IMG/VR virus record: IMGVR_UViG_3300047548_000777
Span: 1-64,000 of that record
DNA length: 64,000 bases
Source of the DNA: a virus
Direction: 5' to 3' (one strand)
A program made the translations under genes and the position numbers. Of this stretch, positions 8,670 to 19,800 are shown in pieces (position 1 is the first letter of the stretch; every line of letters begins with the position of its first letter). The notes beneath the pieces are model-generated. The model was not told the origin of the DNA. It worked only from the letters and a program-made list of their open reading frames with translations, and did not search any database.

Positions 8670-10820
8670 TTACTTTAGTCCTGCTATACGCAAAATAGCA
8701 GACAGTTCACTAGATTCTGAAGTCTTTTCAGTTGACTTGTTTTTAAGATCCTGTAACTGTTGTTTTAGTTTGGCTAGCTCTCCTGCTTTACTGTCTGTAC
8801 CTGATAATTTGCGATCATATTGAATCTGACGAATACGGGTTTTTATTAGCTTTTCGTTAGGCACTGATTTTTCGGATTCTTCTTTCACTCCGGATAATTT
8901 TTTCATACGATGCATCTCACCAATACTTGTCATTCTTTCAACAATTTTAGCGGCCATTGGTCCTACTCTATCACCAAACTTCTTTTCGCATGCAATCTTA
9001 ACGCCTTCGATTCCTTTAGGGAAATTACCGGCATCTTCGTTATACATTGAGTGTATAAATTCTCTTAACTCGTCGAATAACCTACTTCGACTTTCTTTTG
9101 CTATTGCCTCTGCTACAGGACCTGGTGCTGTAACTTTCGGCGTTTCGCCAGTTTCTTCCCCTGGTTCTTCACCTGTTGGCATTTCACTTGGCTCTTCACC
9201 TGGCATGCCTCCCATACCACCTGGTTCTTCACCTGTTGGCATTTCACTTGGTTCTTCTCCTGGAATTTCGCCCATGCCGCCTGGTTCTTCACCTGGCATG
9301 CCTCCCATACCACCCGGCATACCTCCCATACCACCTGGAATTTCGCCCATGCCGCCTGGTTCTTCAACCGGTGGTATTTCTGGCATTTCACCTGCTGGGG
9401 TTTCACTTGGTTCTTCACCTGCTGGGGTTTCACTTGGTACTTCTGTTTCGCCTTCTTCGTATTTTAATTGACTCAAAACATCGGTGCCTAATAATGAATC
9501 TTTTTGTTCGATGTATTCTTTGATGAACGGACGGGCATCCATACCTTCCCCGGCTTTTTCTTTGGCGATTTTCTTTAATCCGTCAACAAACCCTTTATCA
9601 AATCCAAGTCCTTCTAAACTTTGTGTTATGTTGGTTCCATCAACCCCCAACAATAATGGAGTCGCCATTAATTGATTTAGTTCTTCTATTGCAGCTGCAT
9701 TATCTTCGGAAAATATACCAGTATCTGAGGATTCTACTATGCTATGCAAATAACTTTCATACTCTGCAAACTCCGGAATAACAGTAGAAAACGAATCAGT
9801 CCCTGTATCTTCTTCAGGGTCTCCTTCACTAAGGAGATCGTCAGCGTCCAATTCTTTGACTGGAATATCATCTTCACTCACTAGTCTAAAGATATAAGGA
9901 AATACACCTTTAAGGTCTTCATTAAATGTCCGAACAGTTAACCTATCAATCCAGTCGTTCATTATTTCTTCCGGAATATCTACTGCGTGTTGCTCTGTAA
10001 ATCCTTCGGCAAACTCTTTATACGCTGCGGGACGCTGTAGATGCTGTATGTCTTTTTTAACTTTAGCAATACGCTCTAATACTTTAGCATGCACCCCACC
10101 CATTGCTTCACTTATGGCATCGTTACGCTCAACATAATTTTTAAACATACGCAATTGGCTTAGCTCCTCGCTTAGACCAACCATGTATTGTCCAATGCTG
10201 TCGTAAAGGTTACCACCATGAGAAACGTGCTGCGCTAGTGCTCTAGCACCATTTAAATGGCGATGTGGATATTTAAATCTTTCACCGTCAGCATTTTCTA
10301 CATAGATACTTTCAATACGCTGTGCTCGTCCTGCAGGATTTTGTTGATTAACTACGTCTCTATGTTTAATGATAAGTGTAGCTTCGCCGATTCTTTGGTA
10401 ACTAGTTTTTGCTGTCCCAAATAGTTTGCTTTCGCTCATAATAGACTCTCCAATGTCTCTTTCTTTGTTTGATCTTGTAATAACATGCACGTCGAACGTT
10501 AATATATGCTGTTTAGCAAATTCTCGCATTTCTTTTACAAATGCCAGAAAAAGTTTTTTTACATGTTCAACCTTGCCTTCAGTAGGATCGTTAGATATTA
10601 GGACTTCAAAACTGTCCTGATCCTCATCATTATCGTTTAAATGTATTGTAATTGTGGCAAGATTGTGACCACCAACTTCATAGTCAAAACTAAACGCCCT
10701 GGCACCTTCTACTTCATCTTCTTCAACGTCGTTGTTTTCAGCATCTTTCATTAGAAGATTCGGATAGCTAGATATTTTTGCATAGAGCTCTTTAGCTATT
10801 AGATCAAGATTTTTATTCAT
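8670..10820 (-). CDS. Large acidic protein, probably head/prohead-associated, with an internal P/G/E/M repeat
   Basis: Start MNKNLDL 5 nt after GATAAATA; C-terminus ILRIAGLK resembles the scaffold end IRRLAGL. Confidence 0.7.
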   Translation of the reverse strand: MNKNLDLIAKELYAKISSYPNLLMKDAENNDVEEDEVEGARAFSFDYEVGGHNLATITIHLNDNDEDQDSFEVLISNDPTEGKVEHVKKLFLAFVKEMREFAKQHILTFDVHVITRSNKERDIGESIMSESKLFGTAKTSYQRIGEATLIIKHRDVVNQQNPAGRAQRIESIYVENADGERFKYPHRHLNGARALAQHVSHGGNLYDSIGQYMVGLSEELSQLRMFKNYVERNDAISEAMGGVHAKVLERIAKVKKDIQHLQRPAAYKEFAEGFTEQHAVDIPEEIMNDWIDRLTVRTFNEDLKGVFPYIFRLVSEDDIPVKELDADDLLSEGDPEEDTGTDSFSTVIPEFAEYESYLHSIVESSDTGIFSEDNAAAIEELNQLMATPLLLGVDGTNITQSLEGLGFDKGFVDGLKKIAKEKAGEGMDARPFIKEYIEQKDSLLGTDVLSQLKYEEGETEVPSETPAGEEPSETPAGEMPEIPPVEEPGGMGEIPGGMGGMPGGMGGMPGEEPGGMGEIPGEEPSEMPTGEEPGGMGGMPGEEPSEMPTGEEPGEETGETPKVTAPGPVAEAIAKESRSRLFDELREFIHSMYNEDAGNFPKGIEGVKIACEKKFGDRVGPMAAKIVERMTSIGEMHRMKKLSGVKEESEKSVPNEKLIKTRIRQIQYDRKLSGTDSKAGELAKLKQQLQDLKNKSTEKTSESSELSAILRIAGLK
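9150..9440 (-). repeat. Coding tandem repeat (GEEP / SEMPT / GGMGGMP units)
   Basis: Recurrent CCTGGTTCTTCACCTG and CCTCCCATACCACC units on the + strand. Confidence 0.9.
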
Positions 10821-10831
10821 AACAATATTTA

Positions 10832-12436
10832 TCACATACTTGTTGAAATAAAGATAGGCATGGGCATATCAAACTCCTCGTCCCCATTCATAGTTGCCCC
10901 ATCGTGTGTACTTATACTTTCGAAAACTCGCGGATCCCAGTCCGCCAATACCTGTCCCATTCTTACTGCAAGCAACATGGCCGAAACTAGGTCATCTTGC
11001 TCTTCTCCTTTGGCTTTAAATGTTACACCACTAGCAATAAATGTCTTTAATTCGCTAATTAACGCTTTACTATTGACTTTCATTTTATTAGATTCTATCA
11101 GATATTTTAATCTAGCAGCAGCTGATATTTTTGCACCGTGAGTTGTGTTAAATCCTTTACGAAACTTTCTTACATGCCCTTTACGAACCGGTTCGCTTAA
11201 GAATAACCCTGGGAAATTTTCTTCTCCAATATCCCTAATGCATATTAATCCTGCTTCTCCTACAGTATTATTTTCTATACTCCAATAGATATTGCTAACA
11301 TTTTCCTCTCCAATTTGTTCTGCGAGATATTGCAACATTTCTCTTAAAATACGTATTTGACCCTGTATAGGTGTCAAATTGTGTTGCCATTCCGCAACTT
11401 GAATAAACGATGGAAGTTCTACGATTTGTATCGCAGCGTTATTGCCACCGGTACCAAGACTTGGGTCTAATGCAACGGCATACATAGAACCACCGTCCGG
11501 TTTTTTATACCATCTGGCCTGACCAACATTCATTAATGGTTTGGCCCCTTCGAGTTCTGCCAACTTCATACTACTGACTAAAGTCTCATCATAAACTAAG
11601 AATTCGCAGTTGTATTCTCGTCGGAATCGTTCTTCTCCAATACGTCCCCTTTCTAATGACGCCCATTTTTCGTCTCTATCAGGGTGGTCGCTCCAGTGGC
11701 ATGTGTACGGGAAGAATCCATTGGTACCTATATCTTGTTCATTTCCATACTCGTCAAACTTTTTATTAGCTTCTTTCCAAATAGTAGCAAATGTATCCTC
11801 GTCACTGTTTGGTGTACTAGTAATAATAGCTCGACCGCCAGTTGCTAGTGTTGGTGATATACTAGTCCAGAATTCATCGGCGATATTAGGTGGAACAAAC
11901 GCGAACTCGTCACAATATAGCAGTGAGATAGACATACCACGTCCCGTATTACCGGTAGTAGTTGTACTAACGATTCGACTACCGTTTTCAAACTCAATAC
12001 TTCCTTTGTTGTAATTGATTACACCTGCACGTATATAATCAGGACATAGCTCATATGCATACCTAATTCTTTGCATAATTTCTTGAGAACCGGTAAACTT
12101 GTGAGCGGATATTAAAATTGTCTGGTCTTGGTGGAACATTGCATACCACAATAGATATCCAGCAGCACACGTAGTTTTACCCATCTGTCTTGGAAGCATG
12201 TTAATATTAAATCGATGTCCGTGATATGCATCTAACAGCCGCTTTTGATATTCAAAGGGAGAAAACAGCATTTTTCCTTTAACTGGATGCTGTATATAAA
12301 AATAGTTCTCGCAAAAATAGTGATATCCGTTATCTGGGTTAGAACAAGCAGCCAACGCTATTAGCTGCTGTTCTGTAAATGTCTCTTTAGTGTGGGCTTT
12401 TTTAACAAGTACACCCTCAAGGCTTTTCGCTGCCAT
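10832..12436 (-). CDS. terL: Terminase large subunit (gp17-like)
   Basis: PRQMGKTT, LLYCDEFAF, ITSTPN, nuclease acids DPSLG and DDLV. Confidence 0.95.
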   Translation of the reverse strand: MAAKSLEGVLVKKAHTKETFTEQQLIALAACSNPDNGYHYFCENYFYIQHPVKGKMLFSPFEYQKRLLDAYHGHRFNINMLPRQMGKTTCAAGYLLWYAMFHQDQTILISAHKFTGSQEIMQRIRYAYELCPDYIRAGVINYNKGSIEFENGSRIVSTTTTGNTGRGMSISLLYCDEFAFVPPNIADEFWTSISPTLATGGRAIITSTPNSDEDTFATIWKEANKKFDEYGNEQDIGTNGFFPYTCHWSDHPDRDEKWASLERGRIGEERFRREYNCEFLVYDETLVSSMKLAELEGAKPLMNVGQARWYKKPDGGSMYAVALDPSLGTGGNNAAIQIVELPSFIQVAEWQHNLTPIQGQIRILREMLQYLAEQIGEENVSNIYWSIENNTVGEAGLICIRDIGEENFPGLFLSEPVRKGHVRKFRKGFNTTHGAKISAAARLKYLIESNKMKVNSKALISELKTFIASGVTFKAKGEEQDDLVSAMLLAVRMGQVLADWDPRVFESISTHDGATMNGDEEFDMPMPIFISTSM

Positions 12437-12471
12437 GTTTATCCTTTTAAATACTAGTGCTTTATTTACTC

Positions 12472-12506
12472 AAAAAAAAGCCCCAGCTAACTTGCAAGGG
12501 CTTTTT
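12472..12506 (-). terminator. Probable intrinsic terminator
   Basis: AAAAAGCCC...GGGCTTTTTTT on the minus strand, followed by the late-type element AGTAAATA before terL. Confidence 0.55.
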
Positions 12507-12542
12507 CGGGTCTTAATCACCCAGACTGCACTGGTGTTTTAT

Positions 12543-13127
12543 TTACCTTCTTTTTATTTCGTTATATAAATTTTCTAATTTAATCTTTAACGGACCTTCA
12601 GGAAGTTTAAAAGTTTGTTCGCCTTTTAATTTCATTGCATTATCGCCACCTGATGCTTTAGGATATGAACCTTTTTCTCTATGCAAATCATTTCCATCAG
12701 GTATACTGGCATCAATACCATGTATTTCTGGACCTGTATCACCGGACATGCTGTTAGCAAAATCGTCATCGATCATGTCAGCCATACTGTCTATATTTTT
12801 CTTCATTAATAAATCCGGGCCATCGCTATCGGTGTCTATATCCATATCTATTTCGTGATCTTGACTAGACTGATCAGGACCGTCCTGTATGTCTTTTAAA
12901 ACATTTAATAAATCACGAATTCCACCAGCTCCAGATCCATTCATAGTAACGTTCATAGTTACACTATCGCCCTGTTTAGGAGCAGGCTGGCTGTCTCCCA
13001 TCATGCCGCCGCACTCATCAACTAAATCATCTTCTGTAGCCTGCGAACAACTACATTCATCTTGAATGTTTTCATTGACCGGACGGTCTAATTCAGCCAT
13101 GCGTTTCATTAAATCTTGGAAATTCAT
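12543..13127 (-). CDS. Acidic hypothetical protein, possibly an internal head protein
   Basis: 194 aa, D/M-rich; VNE, VDECG motifs. Confidence 0.7.
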   Translation of the reverse strand: MNFQDLMKRMAELDRPVNENIQDECSCSQATEDDLVDECGGMMGDSQPAPKQGDSVTMNVTMNGSGAGGIRDLLNVLKDIQDGPDQSSQDHEIDMDIDTDSDGPDLLMKKNIDSMADMIDDDFANSMSGDTGPEIHGIDASIPDGNDLHREKGSYPKASGGDNAMKLKGEQTFKLPEGPLKIKLENLYNEIKRR

Positions 13128-13129
13128 AA

Positions 13130-13744
13130 TTAGTCCTTCTTAGTTCCACCGAATAGGCTTCTAGCAGGACCTGCTGCTGGCATTGTTTCGGCTTTTTCTT
13201 TGTGTAATTTTTTTGCTAACAACGAATCGTTAGTTCCCTTGTACTGTTCAGATTCTTTACGAGCTTTTGCCAAATCTTTTAAAAAGTTTGAAACATACTT
13301 GTCTCCAGCTAACACGGGGCTTTTTGTTTTTTCATAATCTTGATGCAGTAAAGGTTTAGCATCTTTAGTGGTCTCGTCTTTTTGCAAATCGTGTTCGTGT
13401 TCAATTTCCCAATTGCTTTCTTCTTGAGGAGTTCGAACTCGTATGCAATCTTTACTAATTCCAGTTGCATTAGATATTAATTCCGCAATAACTGCACTGG
13501 TTGCCGGATAGTCAACCTCAGCTTCAAACACAGTCATTTGACTATTTTTTATAGTAGGGAAATCTAATAAATTTTCCTGAATAGGTGTACTTTTACCTTT
13601 GGTAAATCTACTCACTTGGTATTTTTGCAGTGCCGCTTCCATGCAATCTTCACAGTTTTCCGGAAGGTCTCCTGCGATTTTAATTTTGAATGCGTACTTT
13701 TTTTCTTCTGCATTTTCTTTTAGGTATTCAATAAATCTTTTCAT
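13130..13744 (-). CDS. Hypothetical virion-associated protein
   Basis: 204 aa; N-terminus MKRFIEYLKE. Confidence 0.7.
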   Translation of the reverse strand: MKRFIEYLKENAEEKKYAFKIKIAGDLPENCEDCMEAALQKYQVSRFTKGKSTPIQENLLDFPTIKNSQMTVFEAEVDYPATSAVIAELISNATGISKDCIRVRTPQEESNWEIEHEHDLQKDETTKDAKPLLHQDYEKTKSPVLAGDKYVSNFLKDLAKARKESEQYKGTNDSLLAKKLHKEKAETMPAAGPARSLFGGTKKD

Positions 13745-13761
13745 AATTTTATCCCGATACC

Positions 13762-14262
13762 TTATTTATTCATATTTTTAAGTTTTTCAAGTAGGCTATT
13801 ACGGTCTGTGACAATGACACCTTCTCCTTGAACAACTTCCCCTTCGGAGCTGCCTGATTTTTGATCTATTGCTTGCTTTTTAATTTGCAACTCTATCATT
13901 TTGAGTTTTTTATCTATCTTGGCGCTTTTTGCATCTATCGCATTTTTAAGCATACCTGCGGCAACTTCGAAAACACGCCCGCTATATCTTGCTTCAACAT
14001 TCATTCCAAGATCCATGAGATCATCAAATGCATCTGTAGCACGTTGCGCTAAAGAATCTAGTTCACTATCGCTAACTTCGCCAAGTCCTTTTACCTGAGG
14101 TAGCGCAGCACTAATTTTATCTAAATCACCAATATCTCTAAACATAGGAGCAGAAGCTTTTTCAGCTTCTTTTTTCTCATAATAGTCTGTCATACGGTTA
14201 GTATTAGTTACTATTTTTTTAGATTCTGGTAGATTCAAGACTTCTTCTAATCGTTTTGTCAT
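13762..14262 (-). CDS. Probable terminase small subunit (gp16-like)
   Basis: 166 aa; two-helix core LMDLGMNVEARYSGRVFEVAAGMLKNAIDAK, with DRNSLL near the C-terminus; close to terL. Confidence 0.6.
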   Translation of the reverse strand: MTKRLEEVLNLPESKKIVTNTNRMTDYYEKKEAEKASAPMFRDIGDLDKISAALPQVKGLGEVSDSELDSLAQRATDAFDDLMDLGMNVEARYSGRVFEVAAGMLKNAIDAKSAKIDKKLKMIELQIKKQAIDQKSGSSEGEVVQGEGVIVTDRNSLLEKLKNMNK

Positions 14263-14270
14263 ATGTTTAC

Positions 14271-14711
14271 TTATCTTTTTCTAGGAGTAAGAGAAAACAG
14301 ATCTTGTTCATTTAATACACGAAACTTGACACCTTGTTTTCGACACCAAGCGGTAGCTGCTTGCCATTTAGCCATGTTACGTGCATACTCTATTTGATTA
14401 TGCTTACTACGCCCCACATGCTCTTTCATTGTTTGATTACGAGGCTTGACCTCTATCAGTTCAACATGCATTTTTCCTTCTCTATCTACATATTGGATAA
14501 AGAAGTCAGGTACGTATACTGTTTGTTTTCCGGTCATTGGACAACGATAAGGTATTGCAATTGCCTCACTTGCCCACTTAACAATAGCTGGGTGTGTATC
14601 GCAAGTTTTGCAAAAGGTGTATTCCCAACTACTACGATATGTCGGTTGACGATTACCTATATATTTTTCTGGATTTTGTACCTGATATTTTCCACTAGCG
14701 AATCGTTTCAT
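14271..14711 (-). CDS. Head completion protein (T4 gp4-like, PD-(D/E)XK/TnsA-like fold)
   Basis: YRSSWE, WASE, IPY, YVPDF, LIEVKP, N.AKW.AA. Confidence 0.88.
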   Translation of the reverse strand: MKRFASGKYQVQNPEKYIGNRQPTYRSSWEYTFCKTCDTHPAIVKWASEAIAIPYRCPMTGKQTVYVPDFFIQYVDREGKMHVELIEVKPRNQTMKEHVGRSKHNQIEYARNMAKWQAATAWCRKQGVKFRVLNEQDLFSLTPRKR

Positions 14712-15076
14712 GGTCTAATATTACGGCTTTCTGTTGTTTCTTCAGCAGTTAATACCCTGTAACCTAGTAAACTTATTTTTTCTCTGCTAGAGTTCATGAC
14801 CTGTGTAACCACATTACTAAGTTGTACATCTTGCAATCCTTTTAAAGTATCAAGCAGCTGAAACACGTTGACGTTATCAATTCTAGCCTGATTTAATAAA
14901 ACGATTGCAGTACTTTTGGCACCCAACTCGTTGAAACCTCGTTTTAGAAAAAACCCAACCACTGCATCAATTTGTGCTGCAGGGAAAGATACTGGTTCTG
15001 TAAAGTACCGATTAAAGAATAATTTAATTTCATCACTGCTATCAGTAGAAGTATCTTGTTGTGGTAAATTTGTCAT
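14708..15076 (-). CDS. Hypothetical protein
   Basis: 122 aa, coupled to gp4. Confidence 0.75.
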   Translation of the reverse strand: MTNLPQQDTSTDSSDEIKLFFNRYFTEPVSFPAAQIDAVVGFFLKRGFNELGAKSTAIVLLNQARIDNVNVFQLLDTLKGLQDVQLSNVVTQVMNSSREKISLLGYRVLTAEETTESRNIRP

Positions 15077-15077
15077 A

Positions 15078-16154
15078 TTAGAATAAATTTCTTAAATTTT
15101 GAGTAGCTGTGGTTATACTTCTTGCAGTAGCTTGTACTGTCCTTACTGCACTCGCTACAGGAAAGGCTACGTTCTGAACACCGCTAACTGCTCTATTCGA
15201 GATTGCTGTGGCTGCAGCCAATACGCCAGATACTGTGTCTAAAGTACTTAGTTTTTGGTTACCTAGCGATTTTAAATTTTGATATGTATTTACAGCAGTT
15301 ACGGCAGTTGATAATACCCCTAGAGGACTTCCTGTTGCAGTACCGTCTGCAATAGCACCGAAAACACTAGTTGCACCATCTATTGCACCGGCAACTCTGC
15401 GCACATTTCCTCCGAGTCCATACGGACTTGGTCTTGTATCATAATGTTCGATGCCAAACCCTGGAGGATTACCTTGATACACCACTCCATTATTATACGA
15501 AACTGCTTCGTAAATTAAAGTCATGCTCTGTTCTGCAGGTTGGCTGGTACTGTAATCTAAACTAGCGTGATTCCAGGTTTGTATTATGGGGTTAACTAAT
15601 GTATAGCTATTCCAGTAACCTCTAGCCATTTGATATATCGTTATATCATTAAAAAACATAGGATAGCTATTATTGTCTAACCCGTAAAGAGTACCAATAT
15701 ATGCACCAGATTTAGTTGCGTTACGGCTATATGCCCCTAATCTAGTTGCGCTAGTTGGATCTGCATAATAGTATTTGTAGTAACTTTCCCAGAGCTGTCT
15801 AGTTACACCTGCGTTATCATCATGAAATGTTATCGTAACCGGTTGATAATCTATCTTAACCTGTGTGTTCTTTTTTCTATTATACTGATTCAATGTATCT
15901 GTTTGAACAACGAATTTAGGAAGCTCGGCATCCTTAACTAACATGTTGATCTCGTTCTGATGACGAACTTTAAACCCCATGTTAGACATAACTATTGCGT
16001 TGTCATTTATGTTAAATCTAACATAATATAAGAATTTAGCCTTGGGGGCTAGTCTATGATCGTTATCAACGAAAAGTTTAGAGGCGTGATCAAAATCCCG
16101 AAGGTTAATATCACCATAAGAATTACCGAAATATTTGTTAGATTTGCTTGCCAT
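15078..16154 (-). CDS. Tail-tube-fold protein (tube initiator / gp54- or gp48-like)
   Basis: LVKDAELPKF...NQYNRK...YQPVTITFHDD pattern parallels the adjacent tube gene; start MASKSNK 5 nt after ACTAAATA. Confidence 0.65.
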   Translation of the reverse strand: MASKSNKYFGNSYGDINLRDFDHASKLFVDNDHRLAPKAKFLYYVRFNINDNAIVMSNMGFKVRHQNEINMLVKDAELPKFVVQTDTLNQYNRKKNTQVKIDYQPVTITFHDDNAGVTRQLWESYYKYYYADPTSATRLGAYSRNATKSGAYIGTLYGLDNNSYPMFFNDITIYQMARGYWNSYTLVNPIIQTWNHASLDYSTSQPAEQSMTLIYEAVSYNNGVVYQGNPPGFGIEHYDTRPSPYGLGGNVRRVAGAIDGATSVFGAIADGTATGSPLGVLSTAVTAVNTYQNLKSLGNQKLSTLDTVSGVLAAATAISNRAVSGVQNVAFPVASAVRTVQATARSITTATQNLRNLF

Positions 16155-16204
16155 ACTAATATTTAGTAATCGAAGTAATATACGTATATAACGATTACCC
16201 AAAG

Positions 16205-16228
16205 AAAAAGGCCCCTAGGGGCCTTTTT
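16205..16228. terminator. Palindromic intrinsic terminator after the tube gene
   Basis: AAAAAGGCCCCTAGGGGCCTTTTT, a perfect palindrome. Confidence 0.85.
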
Positions 16229-16236
16229 ATTAAGTA

Positions 16237-16860
16237 TTAACCTCCACCGGTGGTCATACTTCCTTGTGTACGTCCTACGTTTACGCCAACTCCAGAACCA
16301 TCTGCCTTCTGGATAGCGTTATCGTACTTGATACTGGCTGTAATTAGAACCGGTTCATTAGCGTTATATGCTAGATTGTTATAGTTAACGTTTTCTAAAT
16401 AGCAACCGTATAGTTCCCAAGTTTCTAATACAGCAGGAGTGAACTGACCGTTACCGCCATCTAGTATTTCGATACGAGTTACGAACTTGTAGTCAATACC
16501 AGATGCAGCACTAGCTTGCTCATAGAAGTCAAACTGCTTCTGTAACTGCTCACCAAATAGCTTGCTTACAACACCAGTTACTTCGTCTCTTACGTTTAGA
16601 GTAATTGGACTCCAGGTGTGTTTACCTGCTAGATAAACACGACTGTTGTAAACATCGACTGTAATTGGATCGAACGCAACTGTTGGGCGTGTGACGTCCT
16701 GCACCTGCTTAGAGATTTCAGTAACAGGTGTGTTAAAACCGAAGTTTTCTAAAGTAACGCGAAAGCGATACTTTAGCTTCGGCATTAACAAACCTTGTGT
16801 GCTAGCACTTTGATCACTTGCTAACGGGACCGTTAGTTTTGTTAATGTAGAAATTGACAT
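16237..16860 (-). CDS. Tail tube protein (gp19-like)
   Basis: 207 aa directly after the sheath; KYRFRV, LAGKHTWSPITL, WELYGC, IKYDNA. Confidence 0.85.
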   Translation of the reverse strand: MSISTLTKLTVPLASDQSASTQGLLMPKLKYRFRVTLENFGFNTPVTEISKQVQDVTRPTVAFDPITVDVYNSRVYLAGKHTWSPITLNVRDEVTGVVSKLFGEQLQKQFDFYEQASAASGIDYKFVTRIEILDGGNGQFTPAVLETWELYGCYLENVNYNNLAYNANEPVLITASIKYDNAIQKADGSGVGVNVGRTQGSMTTGGG

Positions 16861-16879
16861 TTTATTATTCCTTTAATAA

Positions 16880-19800
16880 TTATAGTCCAGAAATCTCGCC
16901 AGTATTCTTTAAGCGTAGAGGAATGTAAATAAATTCCACTGCTTTTACTGGTTCAATTGCGATATCGATCCAGAGCTCGTTACGATCAATTCTGTTTGGG
17001 GTGTTGTTACTTTCGTCACAAACAACCAAGAAGTCGTATAAAGCACGCTGACCTACTAATTCAACTAGTAAACTTTCGCAAGCGCCTTTGATCTCATCAC
17101 GGGTAACTTTATCGTTTGGTTCAAAGATGTAAGGTTTAACTAACTGGCTTAGTTGTCTACGTAAGTAGATTACTAAACGAGCTACGTTAATGCGATCTAG
17201 CGCACTAGCAGTCTTTGCACGAGTCTTCTGTCCATAGTTAACTAATCCAGTTCCAGTGAAGAAAGTAATTGGATTAATCTTAGCTTCGTATAGAGTATCA
17301 CGCTGTCCATTGTTTAGTGCAACGGTCTTGAATTCGCCTTCTTGACCATCAACATATCCCACGCTAGTAGCATTGGTGATTCCGCCACGACGTAATCCTG
17401 CCGGAGCAAACCAAGGATAAGCAACTTGATCGTTTAATGCAATGGTTCTTAGTATCATGTGGCTTGGTGGTACAACTACGTTATTACCGAAGTTGTCACT
17501 AGTAAAGCCCCAAGGATAGAACATAGCCATGTATTCGTCATAGCTTGCTGCTCCAATATCATTGTCCTCTACTGCACCATTCAAGTTCATACCCCATGCA
17601 TTTAAACTTGTTGCATCACTCGTTAGACGAGCAGGTGTATCACCAACTACGAACGCCGTTAGGCCTCGATCAAAGTTTAAGCTAACCAGTTCGCCGATTA
17701 GTTCAGGATATCCTGGACAAGCCATTAGGTTAAACACTCTGGATTCTTCGTCACGAATCTGTTGATTTTGTCCAACTAAACTTTGTAGAGCTTTTACAAC
17801 TACCACACGCTGAGCCTTACGTCCAAAGCTTCCGCTTCCGTCAGCCTGGTTTGCACTGACCGTTACCCAACGATGTGGATAATAATCAGTCATTAGTTCG
17901 TCAGCTACTCGAGCATTTCTAGATAATGTATCAATGTGATTTAATCGGAATTCCTTGACATTAAATCCGCTACGACGTAAATTCCATAGTAGCATGCCAC
18001 GTGGATACAATGCTGGATCTGGTGCATCTGGGTCTACGTAATCTTCTGTTAACAGAGATTCAATAGATCCAGCAACATCGCTGTTTTGTCCAGTTGTGTT
18101 ATAGCGAGCATCTGCAAACAATACGCCGTTGTCGGTGCTTTGATCGGCCTTGTCAACTAACAGCCACTTGGATAGGTCTGCGTCGTACTTGTAGATCATT
18201 GGGAAATTTTCAAGATCATCTGTACTGATCCAGATATCTCCGGTTACTAGCGGAGTAGTATCACGTTGAGTTTCAGGTGCCGTTGCTTGTACGAACGGTC
18301 CTTGGGCATCTGCATCAGGGAATTCATTCCTGTATCCAACCCAATTCGATCCATCATGTACCATTAGATCAACCTCGTCGATGATACTGCTGTACCATAG
18401 GCGACCATTTTCAGTTAAACTAGTTGGAGCATCTGCAGATGCAACGTACACCAAAGGCTCCCATAAGCTTGCTACAAAATCATGCGAGTCGGTATCAGCA
18501 TATAAGTTAATTGTACCAGTCCCTGTAGTAGGATTGAATGGGGATAACCCTAGGTCTGATAATGGACTTCCTACACCGTCACTTAGGTGGATATCACCGC
18601 CTGTATCGTGACTAATAACTACTCGATTCTGACTGTCAATTTCTGCAGTAACATGAGTTAACCCTGCTTGATTAATTGCACCTGCTAATGCTTCTGCATT
18701 AAGAATTGCGCTAGTAGGTGCAGGAATACTAACAGAAACTACTTCGGTGTTTAACGCATCAGAGCCCGCTACAGTTTCAGCGATAACAAATTGATATGCG
18801 CCAGTTGTAGAACTCTGGATGTTTGTCACTGTTACTGTGAAGTTATCAGTCGGAGAGGTACCGCCTATTGCGGTACCTGGGACTGTGATTGTGTCACCAA
18901 TGCTAAACCCAGTTCCTCTATTGTTAATAGATACGGAGACTTCTAATGTAGAAGGTGCAACAACAAATGTTAGTGTTAGCCCTGTTCCGCTGGTATCAGT
19001 GGCGGAAAGTGCACCGGTAGTATAGGTTCCCTCAGTTACGCCGACGACAGAGCCTAACGATAGTGCGCTAACTTGTCCAGTTATCTGTTGATTTCCCGGA
19101 GTGAATGTAGTTTGCGTAATTTTCTCGGTTCTAATTTGGGTAGGACCGACTGCTTTTCTACGGAACACTTTGAAATTTGCTAGAGGAGCCGTGTCTTCAT
19201 TATAATTAAACTTGACATACACGCTTCCTGCTGCTAGGTTGTTGCCACCGCCTGCTTTATCTAAGCTGTATAATGCAGTTTGTGCATTTTGGAACATTGG
19301 TGCATTGACTGCACTGAATGCCTTTGTCGCACTATTGTATCTGCTCAATCTCCAACGGGCACCTAGGTTTGGTTCAGTTGTCTTAATCCATACGCTACCA
19401 GTGACTGCTGGCGTATTTCCGCTGGACTTCCATTGCGGAACTTGTGTGTGCGGTGCAATAGATATCTTTGGTTGATTTGCTGTAATGTTGCTGTAGCTAG
19501 TTTTCCAATCTTCGCTACCGACTTCTACCCAAGACCCGGCGCCATTTCTATACCAAATAGTCATAGGATGACTATCAGTTAAAGCAGGGGTAGCTGGATT
19601 TGTGTCAACTGTGACAATTGCGTAGCTACCAACTTTTCCTACAGATGCTGTTGGACCAGAAGTTGCTGGATCAACCTTGGTTGGATCAGTGATAACTAAA
19701 GGAACTTTATTGACAAACTTTTGTCCTCCCTGTGTCACTGGGCGACCATCCCACTCGAAGATGCCCCACTGAGTGGTTTGTGTGTCTAACCAATATGTTC

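Noticed and set aside
9150-9440. CRISPR-like array (also considered for 34935-35100)
   Set aside because: These are in-frame coding repeats without unique spacers; no cas genes are present.
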